A stretch of 61,189 nucleotides of DNA, filler included, from Candidatus Hydrogenedentota bacterium (GCA_040752395.1; 5 parts of 5 records of this genome joined end to end with filler, not necessarily neighbours in it); one strand, 5' to 3'. Shown: positions 39,502 through 49,646, counted from the whole stretch's first letter. Program-made: numbers and translations. The notes: generated by a model from the letters alone, not told the origin.

Positions 39502-40955
39502 TTAACAGGTCTAAGCAAGGGAAATAATATAACATCTCGTATGGATTGAGTATTGGTAAGTAGCATAACAAGTCTATCTATACCGATGCCGAGACCGCCG
39601 GTTGGCGGCATACCATATTCCATAGCTTCGATGTATTCTTCGTCTATAACCATCGCCTGTTCATCACCTGATTTTCTTTCTCGTTCCTGCTGCAAAAATC
39701 TTTGCTTCTGCTCCAGTGGGTCATTAAGCTCAGAATAAGCGTTTGCGATTTCTCTTGCTGCTATAAATAATTCAAACCTCTCAACAAGTTCAGGGTTATC
39801 TCTATGTCTTTTAGCAAGCGGTGATAAAGCAGCTGGATAATCAATAACAAAGGTAGGATTTATTAAAAATGGCTCAACGAATGTCTCAAATACATTATTG
39901 ATTATTTGATGAAACGACCCTTTAATATTATCTTCCTTGATTCTACCATCTCTTTTCAATATTTCTATCAGACTCTCCCTGTCTTTTATTTTTCTAAGAT
40001 TTAAATTACTGTATTGTTCTATAATATCATAGAATTTAACCCTGTTAAACCTTTTATCAATGTTTATTAAATTATCCTGATATTTAAATACCCCATCAAT
40101 AAATTTCGTAACAAGACTCTTAATGAGTTCTTCGCAGAGTTCCATCATATCATTATAATCAGCATAAGCCTGATATATTTCAAGGATGGTGAATTCAGGA
40201 TTATGTTGTGTTGATATCCCTTCATTACGGAAACATTTGTTTAGCTCATAGACTTTATCTATGCCGGCGATAATCAATCTTTTCAAATAAAGCTCAGGCG
40301 CTATTCTTAAATAGAGCTGCATATCGAGTGTATTATGGTATGTTATAAATGGTTTTGCTAAAGCGCCGCCATAAAGCGGTTGCATAACCGGGGTATCAAC
40401 TTCGATAAAAGATTTTTGATTTAAGAATTCTCTTATTGAATTAATAACAGCTGTTCTTATTTTAAAAATATCTTTTGAATTTTCATTCATTAAAAGGTCA
40501 AGATGTCTATTTCTATAAATAAGCTCAATATCAGCCAGACCATGATATTTTTCAGGTAAAGGTCTTAAAGATTTAGCTATTAATCTATAGTTATGGACAT
40601 TAATAGTCATCTCATTACGCTGGGTTTTAAAGAGACCACCTTTAACTTCAATAAAATCGCCTATATCGAGTAATTTTAAATCAACGTATGCTTCCTTGAG
40701 TAAATTCTTTTGAAAAAGCAGTTGAAACTTATCCGTGAAATCTTTTATGGTAGCAAAAGATATTTTTCCGTGTTCTCGAAAAGTCATCAGTCTTCCTGTT
40801 ACTGTAACAATCTTTTTCTCGTTTAAAAGTTTATCAAAGAGTTCTCTTAATTTTTTTAATGTATATTCTTTTTTACAGGTTGATGGATAAGGGTTAATGT
40901 TTTTTTCTTTTATTTTAGTTAATTTTTCTATTCTTATTTTTCTATATTCATCCAC
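39498..40955 (-). CDS. lysS: Lysine--tRNA ligase (class II)
   Basis: LRPLPEK, YLRIAPELYLKRL, FRNEG, HNPEF, GMPPTGGLGIGIDRL. Confidence 0.97.
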   Translation of the reverse strand: MDEYRKIRIEKLTKIKEKNINPYPSTCKKEYTLKKLRELFDKLLNEKKIVTVTGRLMTFREHGKISFATIKDFTDKFQLLFQKNLLKEAYVDLKLLDIGDFIEVKGGLFKTQRNEMTINVHNYRLIAKSLRPLPEKYHGLADIELIYRNRHLDLLMNENSKDIFKIRTAVINSIREFLNQKSFIEVDTPVMQPLYGGALAKPFITYHNTLDMQLYLRIAPELYLKRLIIAGIDKVYELNKCFRNEGISTQHNPEFTILEIYQAYADYNDMMELCEELIKSLVTKFIDGVFKYQDNLINIDKRFNRVKFYDIIEQYSNLNLRKIKDRESLIEILKRDGRIKEDNIKGSFHQIINNVFETFVEPFLINPTFVIDYPAALSPLAKRHRDNPELVERFELFIAAREIANAYSELNDPLEQKQRFLQQERERKSGDEQAMVIDEEYIEAMEYGMPPTGGLGIGIDRLVMLLTNTQSIRDVILFPLLRPVK

Positions 40956-43161
40956 TTTTACTTAGCCCTCTTTCTTGTATGATCTCTCGATATTCATCAA
41001 TGATACTTAAAAAAGCACCAACAACAAGCGGGTCAAATTGCGAACCTGAGTAGTGTTTAATCTCGCTGATAGCATACTCTTCGGGTTGTGCTGTGCGATA
41101 GGGTCTATCCGTAGTTATAGAATCATAAGTATCAGCAACAAGGATTATACGGGAACCTATCGGGATCTCATCCTGTTTCAAACCATCAGGATATCCCTTC
41201 CCATCAAAATGTTCATGATGATGAAGAATAAGTTCTGCTTCGTATCGTATCTGTTTAATGGGCTCCAGAATACCAGCCCCCAGTATAGAGTGTTCTTTTA
41301 TCTGCTCCATTTCTTTATCTACTAATTTTCCTGGTTTAAGTAATATTTTTTCAGGTATCCCAATTTTACCGATATCGTGAAGCAGTGCGGCTCTGCCTAT
41401 GGCTTTTATCTCTCTTTCAGATAGATTCAACTTCTTTGCAATCATTTCAGCTAATATTCTCACTCTTTCAGTGTGGCCAAATGTATAAGAGTCTTTAGCA
41501 TCAATAGCTGCTGCAAGCGCACCAACTGTCTGGTCAAAGAGTTTAATAGAATCCTGAATATTTTTAGATTTTTCAACAGCGATAGCTGCATGGTCAGCTA
41601 AAGAACCAAGTATATTTAAATCATCTCTATTAAATGAACCTGATCTTTTGTTTTTCTCGATGTTGAGAACACCTATAATCTTGTCATTTACTTTGAGAGG
41701 TAACGATATCATAGAAAAGTTTAGATTCTCCAGAATATTTTGTTTATAATACATCGGGTCTTTTGATACATCTTCGGTTATTCTGGCTCTTCCTGTTTTA
41801 GCAACCCAGCCTGCTATACCCTCACCAATCCTTAAAACCAGATCTTTGGTCATCTCTTTCTCTCGTTTCCCGAATTTTGCCATAAGTCTTAACACACCAT
41901 TTTCCTCATCTACAAGCATAATTGAACCATTATCAGCATTAACGAGCCCAACTGTTTTAGATAGAATCAAAGCAAGCGTTTCTTCCAGAGAAGGTGACGA
42001 ATTAATAATTTTCCCTATTTCAAAGAGGGTGGTTAACGATTCAATGTTTCTTTCAAGATTTAAGTTTATCTCTTTTAATTTTTCAGAATATTCTTTAATC
42101 ATTTTATTAGAATCTTCAACTTCACGTATCTTCAGTTTGATATCCTCGTAAAATAAAGAATTCTGGATAGCTATAGCAATATGTTCAGCAAGCAGTTTGA
42201 GTTTTTGAACAGCCTCTTCTGTAAAATAATGAATATTATTAGAATTAAGAACAAGAATGGATAAAAGGTTGTTTTCGTAAGTAATCGGTATAATAAGAAC
42301 TGATTTTATTTTATCAGAAAAGGCAAATAGCTTTAAATGTGTATCTCTATTGGTATTCCCTGATACAATATAATTCTTTTCAATAAACAAAGTGTCTCTG
42401 GTTTCTTTATTCAGGGACGATACGGCTAACCTATAAATCTCTGATTTATGTAGTTCTACACCTCTTGATTCCCTGACAATTAAGTTCTGATTATCCTCGG
42501 AAAAAAATAAAAATGCGCTTGAATCATAGCTGCAGATACTCTGTATTTCTTCGAGACAGATAGCGATAAGTTTTTCAAGTTCAATGTTTCGTGTTATCTT
42601 TTTTTCTATCTCATAAATCTTTTTTAATATTTCAAGACTTCTAATGGATTTTTCATAAAGCTTTATATTATCAATAGCAACAGCCACCTGCGAGGAAAAA
42701 GTATAGACAAGCTCCTTGTCATCATTATCAAAATCCGATTCCTTAAAACTTCCAATAAATATAAATCCTATGATTTTATTTCTTGTAATAAGAGGCATAG
42801 TTATGAAAGATTTTACCTTCCCACCCTTTTTAAAGACAGGGTTAGCATTCTTGTCATCCAACTTTTCTATCAGGTGAACAGGAATATTATCTTTATCCAG
42901 TACCTGTAAATCATCAGAACTTAAATCTTTAAGTTCTTCAATTTTTAGATCAGTATTTTTTTCAGAGGTTAGCTCGAACCTGCCTGTCTCTTCATTAAAA
43001 TAAAGAATAATATGTGCATCAAACTCTATTAATTTCTCCAATATTTCTACAAATTTTTCTATAACACCATCGAGATTATAATTAAAAAATTCGTAAATTA
43101 TTCCTATTTCAATAAGGAGCTTATCCCTGTTTTGTGCAATCCCTTTATTACTTCTACTCAT
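40948..43161 (-). CDS. Triple-GAF HD-GYP phosphodiesterase
   Basis: Three GAF-like repeats; HDIGKIG, HHEHFDGKGYP; start uncertain (43161 or 43200). Confidence 0.9.
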   Translation of the reverse strand: MSRSNKGIAQNRDKLLIEIGIIYEFFNYNLDGVIEKFVEILEKLIEFDAHIILYFNEETGRFELTSEKNTDLKIEELKDLSSDDLQVLDKDNIPVHLIEKLDDKNANPVFKKGGKVKSFITMPLITRNKIIGFIFIGSFKESDFDNDDKELVYTFSSQVAVAIDNIKLYEKSIRSLEILKKIYEIEKKITRNIELEKLIAICLEEIQSICSYDSSAFLFFSEDNQNLIVRESRGVELHKSEIYRLAVSSLNKETRDTLFIEKNYIVSGNTNRDTHLKLFAFSDKIKSVLIIPITYENNLLSILVLNSNNIHYFTEEAVQKLKLLAEHIAIAIQNSLFYEDIKLKIREVEDSNKMIKEYSEKLKEINLNLERNIESLTTLFEIGKIINSSPSLEETLALILSKTVGLVNADNGSIMLVDEENGVLRLMAKFGKREKEMTKDLVLRIGEGIAGWVAKTGRARITEDVSKDPMYYKQNILENLNFSMISLPLKVNDKIIGVLNIEKNKRSGSFNRDDLNILGSLADHAAIAVEKSKNIQDSIKLFDQTVGALAAAIDAKDSYTFGHTERVRILAEMIAKKLNLSEREIKAIGRAALLHDIGKIGIPEKILLKPGKLVDKEMEQIKEHSILGAGILEPIKQIRYEAELILHHHEHFDGKGYPDGLKQDEIPIGSRIILVADTYDSITTDRPYRTAQPEEYAISEIKHYSGSQFDPLVVGAFLSIIDEYREIIQERGLSKSG

Positions 43162-43174
43162 ACTCTTATGTCCT

Positions 43175-44752
43175 TTAAAACAATTTTGTTCTTGTATCAT
43201 CTCTATCTTTTCTTGTAAAATCTATAATAATCATAGTAACATCGTCATCAAATTTTTTTTTCATATTAAAACTATATAATTGCTCTTTAATAAAGTTTAA
43301 GAATTCGGATGTACCAAGATGCGGGTAATTTAAAAGAGCCCTTCTAATCCTGCCTATATCGAAAAATTCATCAAACATTCCCCTGCATTCTATAACGCCA
43401 TCTGAAACTATAACCATTCTATCCCCTTCTTCAAAATTCACATTATATTCTTCATATTTCCCTTCAAATGGACAATTTATATATACTGTCTCGTGTTGTG
43501 GTTCAATAACTTTATTTGTTCTGAAATTATATAAAAGAAAAGGATGATGCCCGGCAGTTGAATAGTATATCTTCTTCTTTCTAACATCAACCCGAAAAAG
43601 CAAAGCTGTGATAAATAAAGCTGTATCAGGTAAAATAGTCCTGATTTCTCTGTCTATGTTTTTTAATATATCAGAAAGTTTTATTCTTTCAATTATCTGT
43701 CTTCTGATTAAAAAAGTTACAAGAGACATAATAAGCGCTGCTGGTACACCATGTCCCGATACATCACCAACAAATACCACCGCATCGCCCTCTTTGTCTT
43801 TTTCAATAAAATAAAAATCACCGCCTATGCTCCCACCTGCCTGCTCATAAAAAGTTTCTATCTTTATATTCTCCAGAACAGGATAAGACCCACCTATAAG
43901 TTCTTTTTGTATCTCTTTGGCAATTTTTAGTTCTTTTTCATTCTGGTCCTTTTCTGTGCTCAGTTCCTGAAGTCTGTTATCTAAATCTTTTTTTAAATTC
44001 TCCAGCTGTTTTATTCTATCCTCCCATTTAAGAGATAGATTATTAAAAATGTTGTACAAAGATTCTAATTCTGTAAAATTTATTTTTTGTGATAATACAG
44101 CTTTTCTGTCTTCAAGAAGGGCTGATAACGCATTTTTAAAATCATCAATCGGTTTTAAAAGAACATTACTTAGTTTATAAAGAGCAGCAAGAGTTATAAA
44201 AAAAAATATCAACCATATCCCTGTATCCATTATTAAAATTTTTCTAATAGCCCTATCCAGATTTGCAAGCGAAAAGCCAATGTATATCTTCCATTTCCGG
44301 CCATCTATTAAATCAAGCCTTTTAGTAAGTTCGGTTTCAAAAGTTCGGCAGGATTCCATCACTTTATCACCCTTGATTCTATAATACTCCACACCCTCTA
44401 ATCTGTTATATAAAATAGGTTTATCAATTAAATAACCCTCTTTACACTCTTTTATTATTATATTGCCATTATTATCCTCAAAAATTATAAATACAATATC
44501 ATAAGAAGAATCAAGTAAAGTTTTACTCGCCGTTCTTAAAAACTCTATGTCCTCACTTATTACTGCAGGCGTTAAATTATACACACAGGAAGATAGAATC
44601 TCGTTGTTCCTTCGCTCCATATCTTCAATAAGAATAGCTCGCTCACTATAGATACGATTTAAAATCATCACAGCCCATAATATCGCTATAAGAATAGATA
44701 TAATATAAAATATTCTTTTTTTTAATGACCTGCTTTTGATAATACTATTCAT
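43175..44752 (-). CDS. Membrane PP2C/SpoIIE-family phosphatase
   Basis: Two TM helices, HAMP-like linker, GGDFY, DVSGHGVPAAL, AGH, SDG, DDVT. Confidence 0.9.
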   Translation of the reverse strand: MNSIIKSRSLKKRIFYIISILIAILWAVMILNRIYSERAILIEDMERRNNEILSSCVYNLTPAVISEDIEFLRTASKTLLDSSYDIVFIIFEDNNGNIIIKECKEGYLIDKPILYNRLEGVEYYRIKGDKVMESCRTFETELTKRLDLIDGRKWKIYIGFSLANLDRAIRKILIMDTGIWLIFFFITLAALYKLSNVLLKPIDDFKNALSALLEDRKAVLSQKINFTELESLYNIFNNLSLKWEDRIKQLENLKKDLDNRLQELSTEKDQNEKELKIAKEIQKELIGGSYPVLENIKIETFYEQAGGSIGGDFYFIEKDKEGDAVVFVGDVSGHGVPAALIMSLVTFLIRRQIIERIKLSDILKNIDREIRTILPDTALFITALLFRVDVRKKKIYYSTAGHHPFLLYNFRTNKVIEPQHETVYINCPFEGKYEEYNVNFEEGDRMVIVSDGVIECRGMFDEFFDIGRIRRALLNYPHLGTSEFLNFIKEQLYSFNMKKKFDDDVTMIIIDFTRKDRDDTRTKLF

Positions 44753-45291
44753 TTATAATTAAACCCTGGGTTATGTTTAGATAGGTATCTTTTAATTGCA
44801 TCATCCCATAAATTCTTTGCTCTTAAGACCATCTCTATAATCTCTCTTACAGCACCATCACCGCCTTCTCTCTCTGTTATATAATCAGATACAGCTTTTG
44901 CTTCAGTAACTGCATTTTTTACAGAAACACCTACACCTGCTCTTATAATAACAGGTATGTCAACTATATCATCTCCAGCATAAACTATCTCTTCATCGAC
45001 TAAATTATACCTTGATTTGATATCCTCATAAATCTCAAGTTTATTCTCACCCTGATGAACCTCAGTGATCCCAAGTTCTGTAGCATTGATCTTCATTATT
45101 TCTGTAACTTTCTCAGCAATAAGTGCAAATATGATCCCTTCCTCTGAAGCGAGTCTTATGGCAAACCCATCACGTATATCATATTTTTTAGCCCGCCCCT
45201 CAAATACATCAATATAAACCTTCCCATCATTTAATACCCCATCTCCATCAAGTATAATCATCTTAATCTTTGAAAACGAGTTCAAAATCAT
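44749..45291 (-). CDS. kdsC: KDO 8-phosphate phosphatase
   Basis: ILDGDGVLNDG, RDG, YAGDD..D, GGDGAVRE; real start 45291 (the upstream extension is repeat DNA). Confidence 0.9.
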   Translation of the reverse strand: MILNSFSKIKMIILDGDGVLNDGKVYIDVFEGRAKKYDIRDGFAIRLASEEGIIFALIAEKVTEIMKINATELGITEVHQGENKLEIYEDIKSRYNLVDEEIVYAGDDIVDIPVIIRAGVGVSVKNAVTEAKAVSDYITEREGGDGAVREIIEMVLRAKNLWDDAIKRYLSKHNPGFNYK

Positions 45292-45297
45292 AAATCT

Positions 45298-45430
45298 CTC
45301 CTGAAAAACATTGTACTCTAATAATTCGGGGTACAGGCTATGGACCATAGCCGGCTGGAGCCCGAAGCCCGGAGCCTGGAGCCTGAAGAGCCCGTAGTCT
45401 GCAATCTGAAGTCTGTGGTCCTGAGGCCGA
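45298..45430 (-). repeat. Modular intergenic repeat between kdsD and kdsC; core 45298-45325 ends in RBS
   Basis: CAGACTT/CAGGCTC heptamers, AGCCGGCT centre, core with small deletions; ATG 6 nt after GGAG. Confidence 0.88.
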
Positions 45431-45431
45431 A

Positions 45432-46391
45432 TCACATTATTCCTTGACTTAAAATATCATGCATATGAATTAAACCCTCTAATTTGCCCTGTTTATCAGT
45501 AATCATTAAAACAGTTATCTTAAAATCTTCCATTTTTTTTATAGCCTCATTAGCAAGTGCATCCTTTTCTATTGTTTTAGGGTTATAGGTTGAAAAATTT
45601 TTAATTGCGTCTTCAAGTGGTGGAACTTTATGTTTTTCAAGCGCTCTCATTAAATCCCCATTCGTGAAAACAGCTACCAACCTTTGTTTCTTATCCACAA
45701 CAGCAATAATGCCGAATCTCTTTTGCGACATAATTATTATTGCTTTTCTTAAAGTATCACTCTCTCTTACTATCGGCAGTTCATCACCCTTGTGCATTAA
45801 ATCAACAACCCGTAAAAGCATCCTTTTTCCAAGAGTACCCCCTGGATGAAGAAATGCAAAGTCTTTCTTTGTAAATCCCTTTTCTTTTAATACAGCTATA
45901 GCCAGAGCATCACCTAAAACAAGTGTGGCTGTAGTACTTGCTGTTGGAGCGAGTCCTAAAGGACAGGCCTCGCGTTTTACTGAGATATCAAGAACTATAT
46001 CGCTGTATTTTGCAAGCGTGGACCTTGTGTTTCCTGTCATAGAGATTAACTGTAACCCCATTCTTTTTATAGCAGGAAGTACAACATCAAATTCATCAGT
46101 CTCACCGCTATAAGAAATAGCTAAAACTATATCATTTGATGATAACATACCCATATCGCCATGTAAAGCCTCTGCAGGGTGTAGAAAAAAAGCAGGCGTT
46201 CCTGTTGATGCAAAGGTAGCAGCTATCTTTCGACCAATATTACCTGATTTCCCCATACCACAAACAACAACTTTCCCTTTACAACCGAGAATAGTCTTCA
46301 CACTTTGATTAAAATTTTCATCTATTCTATTTCTCAAATTTTTAAGAGCTTCTATCTCAATGTCGAAGACTTCTTTAGCTGTTTTAAGCAT
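45432..46391 (-). CDS. kdsD: Arabinose-5-phosphate isomerase (SIS + CBS)
   Basis: GMGKSG, HPAEALHGDMG, EACPLGLAPTAST, HPGGTLG, CBS pair. Confidence 0.95.
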   Translation of the reverse strand: MLKTAKEVFDIEIEALKNLRNRIDENFNQSVKTILGCKGKVVVCGMGKSGNIGRKIAATFASTGTPAFFLHPAEALHGDMGMLSSNDIVLAISYSGETDEFDVVLPAIKRMGLQLISMTGNTRSTLAKYSDIVLDISVKREACPLGLAPTASTTATLVLGDALAIAVLKEKGFTKKDFAFLHPGGTLGKRMLLRVVDLMHKGDELPIVRESDTLRKAIIIMSQKRFGIIAVVDKKQRLVAVFTNGDLMRALEKHKVPPLEDAIKNFSTYNPKTIEKDALANEAIKKMEDFKITVLMITDKQGKLEGLIHMHDILSQGIM

Positions 46392-46412
46392 CCAATATAC
46401 CTCGTAATTATA

Positions 46413-46534
46413 AGATAACGAAAGAAGCAAGAAGTCTGACTCCTGACTCCTAACTTTTAATTTTGAATTTTTTAATCTTTGTGCCTTTGCAGACGCATCT
46501 AAAGATGCTCACTACAATTTTTTCACAGGCTCTC
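46413..46534 (-). repeat. GTAG REP-like hairpin (copy 2) plus heptamer arrays between kdsA and kdsD
   Basis: Minus strand GAGCCTGTGAAAAAATT-GTAGTGA-GCATCT-TT-AGATGC; TGACTCC, TTTTAAT and GAAGCAA arrays. Confidence 0.7.
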
Positions 46535-46536
46535 AG

Positions 46537-47355
46537 TTATAATAAGCTATCTATGCTTTTTAATTCTTTTAAAAGTTTACGCATTTCACCAACTGGTAGC
46601 ATATTGGGTCCATCACATAGTGCTTTCTCTGGTTCAGGATGAGTTTCAAGATAAATACCAGCAACACCTATTGAAACAGCAGCCCTACAAAGCGGTCGAA
46701 TAAATTCTCGCTGACCACCGCTGCACCGTTCCCCACGTGACGGCATCTGAACACTGTGTGTGGCATCGAAGATTACAGGGTATCCTGTTCTTTTCATTAT
46801 CTCTATACCTCTAAAATCAACAACAAGGTCTCCATAACCAAAACTCGTCCCTCGTTCTGTCAGGATAATATTCTTATTGCCGGTACTCTCAATCTTTTCT
46901 ACAATAAATTTCATAGCCTCTGGTGCTAAAAATTGACCCTTTTTAATATTTATAATCTTTCCAGTTCCTGCTGCTTCTAATACTATATCTGTCTGTCTGC
47001 AAAGAAAAGCAGGTATCTGTATAATATCAACTATGTCCCCTACTTTCTTTATCTCCTCTCTGCAATGAACATCTGTTAATACAGGTATATCAAGCTTATC
47101 TCGCAGCTTTTTTATTATATTTAACCCTTTATCAAACCCTAATCCTCTGAATGACTTTAATGATAATCTATTAGCCTTATCATAAGATACTTTAAAAATA
47201 AAAGATATATCTAATTCGTCAGTAATAGATTTCAACGTTTCAGCAAGTGTAAATACCAGTTTTTCACTTTCCATAGCACAGGGGCCAGCTATCAATACAA
47301 AAGGCTGTGTATTACCTATTTTAATATCCCTTAATTTTACAGTCTTACTATACAA
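46537..47355 (-). CDS. kdsA: KDO 8-phosphate synthase
   Basis: IAGPC, DKANR, QIPAFLCRQT, KKGQF, DATHSVQ, CDGPN; likely TTG start at 47355 behind AAGGAG. Confidence 0.95.
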   Translation of the reverse strand: MYSKTVKLRDIKIGNTQPFVLIAGPCAMESEKLVFTLAETLKSITDELDISFIFKVSYDKANRLSLKSFRGLGFDKGLNIIKKLRDKLDIPVLTDVHCREEIKKVGDIVDIIQIPAFLCRQTDIVLEAAGTGKIINIKKGQFLAPEAMKFIVEKIESTGNKNIILTERGTSFGYGDLVVDFRGIEIMKRTGYPVIFDATHSVQMPSRGERCSGGQREFIRPLCRAAVSIGVAGIYLETHPEPEKALCDGPNMLPVGEMRKLLKELKSIDSLL

Positions 47356-48967
47356 ATACTTTTCTCCTTTTCTTTTTGACACGATGCTTGATTTTACTAC
47401 CAAAACGTTTAAGTTTTCTTAAGTTTACAAGACATAAGACATCATTCGGGTCGAATCTCAGGGCTGTCTCAAGCTCTGTTATGGCATCCTGTATCCTGTT
47501 CAACTCTACAAGAATCCCGGCATAATTGCATCGTAAATGGGTATCTTCTGGATACATCTTAACAACTCTTTCAAAATATTCACATGCTTTTTCCATATCA
47601 CCACTTCGTCGGTATATATTACTTAAATAAAAAAGTATTTCTTTATTCTCAGGTTGTTGATTTAAAATGTCTAAATACATTTCAATAGCCTGTTTATTTT
47701 TACCTTTTCTTTCGAGTATTTTTGCCTCTTTGATCCTCCTTTGTATGGTATCAAATTCAATTACTTTAGCCCCGATCTCTTCTTTTACTTCCCCTAATTC
47801 TTTTATTTTTTCTTCCTTCTTCTCTTCTTCTTTTTCGATCTCTCTCAATTCAAATGCTTTGATAACCTCATCCTCTTTTTCTTCAAATGTTTTTATCTCA
47901 AATTCAGGTATCTTTAACTCAAACTCTGATTTCTTTATCTCATCAGCCTTTTCTTTTTCTTCCTCTTCTTTTACTTCCCCTGCTTCAATCACTACGGGTT
48001 CAAATTTTTCTTTTTTTATTTCAAGCACTGGTAATTCTTCTTCTTCAATTTCCTGTATCACTCTTTCAAATTCTTCCGTGGGCTCTATTTTTACTTGTTG
48101 TATCTCTTCTTCTATTTTTTCTTCTTGTATTTTTAATCCTTCAATCTCTTTTAGTTCTTCAACTTTAACTATTTCTTCTTGCAATTTTTCTTTTTCTGGT
48201 TCTTCTATTGCGGGGATTCTGATGGCTTCACTTATCTTTGTCAGCTCTTTTTCTTCTTCTAAATCTTCAGGTCTTAATTCTGTAATAAAATCAAATTTAA
48301 GTTCTGGTACTTTCAATTCATATTCTTTAGCTCTATCTTCCTCGATAATTTTAAGTTCTTTCAAATCAGAGATATCGAGTTCAGCTTCGGCAATAACTTC
48401 TTCTTTTACAGGATATTTAGCTATTTTTTCTATCTCAGCCTCCTCAACACCGTATTGTTCTCTATCTCCATCTACCTTTTTTACAAATGGCTCAATTTTA
48501 TCTTCAGCTATCTCTTCCTCGGCATCTTTAATTTCAAATAATTCTTTTTTTTCTTCGACGGGGAGTACCTGAACCTCATCAAATTCAAACCTTATTTTAG
48601 GTTCTTCTTTTACTTCCTCATACTTTAACTTTATCTCTCGTTCTGGAACCTCAAATTCAAATAATTTAAATTCAGGTAGCTTTATTTCTTCTTTAATATC
48701 AATTTTTTTCTCCTCTTTAACAATAAATCCTGGCTCTTTTCCCTCTGGTTCTTCTTTTACCTCTTTAGTCGGTTCAATGATTTCCATTTCTGGAACCACA
48801 GGTATTTTTAATTCTTCTTTTTCTTTTTGGGGTTCTATCTTTTTAAAAGTAAATTTTAATTCAGTCCCCTCTTCTTTTACTAAATCACCAAGAAATAGTT
48901 CACCACAATTAGCACAGATAATTAAATCATCTTCAATTTTATTATTACAATACGTACAGCTAACCAT
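47348..48967 (-). CDS. Zinc-ribbon / Glu-rich linker / TPR protein
   Basis: CTYC-x10-CANC N-terminus, ~390-aa E/K/I/P-rich region, about three TPRs at the C-terminus. Confidence 0.8.
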   Translation of the reverse strand: MVSCTYCNNKIEDDLIICANCGELFLGDLVKEEGTELKFTFKKIEPQKEKEELKIPVVPEMEIIEPTKEVKEEPEGKEPGFIVKEEKKIDIKEEIKLPEFKLFEFEVPEREIKLKYEEVKEEPKIRFEFDEVQVLPVEEKKELFEIKDAEEEIAEDKIEPFVKKVDGDREQYGVEEAEIEKIAKYPVKEEVIAEAELDISDLKELKIIEEDRAKEYELKVPELKFDFITELRPEDLEEEKELTKISEAIRIPAIEEPEKEKLQEEIVKVEELKEIEGLKIQEEKIEEEIQQVKIEPTEEFERVIQEIEEEELPVLEIKKEKFEPVVIEAGEVKEEEEKEKADEIKKSEFELKIPEFEIKTFEEKEDEVIKAFELREIEKEEEKKEEKIKELGEVKEEIGAKVIEFDTIQRRIKEAKILERKGKNKQAIEMYLDILNQQPENKEILFYLSNIYRRSGDMEKACEYFERVVKMYPEDTHLRCNYAGILVELNRIQDAITELETALRFDPNDVLCLVNLRKLKRFGSKIKHRVKKKRRKVFV

Positions 48968-48976
48968 TATATAATC

Positions 48977-49092
48977 CTCCTCTGAAAAACATTGTAACTA
49001 TAATAATATCAAGTAGAAGCAAGAGGCAAGAAGCAAGAAGCAAGAAGCAAGATAACGGAAGAAGTGAGAGGTATCAGGACAGGCTACAGGCT
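48977..49092 (-). repeat. Modular intergenic repeat; core 48977-49012 ends in RBS; contig breaks inside it
   Basis: Five TTGCTTC/TTGCCTC units plus the CCTGATACCTCTCACTTCTTCCG module identical to the copy in 61117-61140. Confidence 0.92.
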
Positions 49093-49192
49093 NNNNNNNN
49101 NNNNNNNNNNNNNNNNNNNNNNNNNNNNNNNNNNNNTTAATTAATTAANNNNNNNNNNNNNNNNNNNNNNNNNNNNNNNNNNNNNNNNNNNN
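49093..49192. other. Artificial contig linker
   Basis: N-run/TTAATTAATTAA/N-run. Confidence 0.98.
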
Positions 49193-49537
49193 CAATATTT
49201 ATCACATTCTGAGCATGATGGCAATTATGTTGTAAGTGGTACAAATTACACCATAGAAGGTGATTTAGATGAGTGGCAGGTTTCTTTAATAGTTGCTTAC
49301 CAGTATATCCAGGCATTACCCTATGCAGGTATTAAATTCAGTGATTGGGATACTGACTGGGCTATATGGCAGACAGATGTACCTGCTACACGAAGTTCTG
49401 GTCAAGACGAGGCAGAGGATAATTTTGGTGTAATAGTTGGTTGTGATTTTTATTTTGAGCGAGACTGGAAACTGAATTTAGAGGGTAGATTCTGTGACGA
49501 GACCGCGTTTTCAGCCTCGTTAGGTTATACTTTCTAA
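49193..49537 (+). CDS. C-terminal part of an outer-membrane beta-barrel (chlamydial MOMP-like pattern)
   Basis: Own translation ...DEWQVSLIVAYQYIQALPYAGIKFSD...NFGVIVGCDF...LNLEGRFCDETAFSASLGYTF*; terminal YxF beta-signal; missing from the ORF track. Confidence 0.75.
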   Translation, partial: QYLSHSEHDGNYVVSGTNYTIEGDLDEWQVSLIVAYQYIQALPYAGIKFSDWDTDWAIWQTDVPATRSSGQDEAEDNFGVIVGCDFYFERDWKLNLEGRFCDETAFSASLGYTF

Positions 49538-49608
49538 GATAATATAGACACTTTATTTCAGGATAAAGTAGAAAACAAAAAGCCACGGCCGTTATAGATA
49601 ATTACATT

Positions 49609-49646
49609 TAAAACCCCGGGTATTTTATTAAGTTCTCGGGGTTTTA
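49609..49646 (+). terminator. Probable terminator hairpin
   Basis: TAAAACCCCG...CGGGGTTTTA downstream of the OMP gene. Confidence 0.6.

Noticed and set aside
45292-45435. N-terminal extensions on KdsC, IlvE (37329-37451) and PurL (53481-53522)
   Set aside because: The extensions are repeat DNA, and family homology begins at the downstream ATGs.
47667-48572. 301-aa Ser-rich ORF on the plus strand (also 24512..24721 and 24555..24803)
   Set aside because: Antisense or off-frame shadows of Glu-rich coding sequence.
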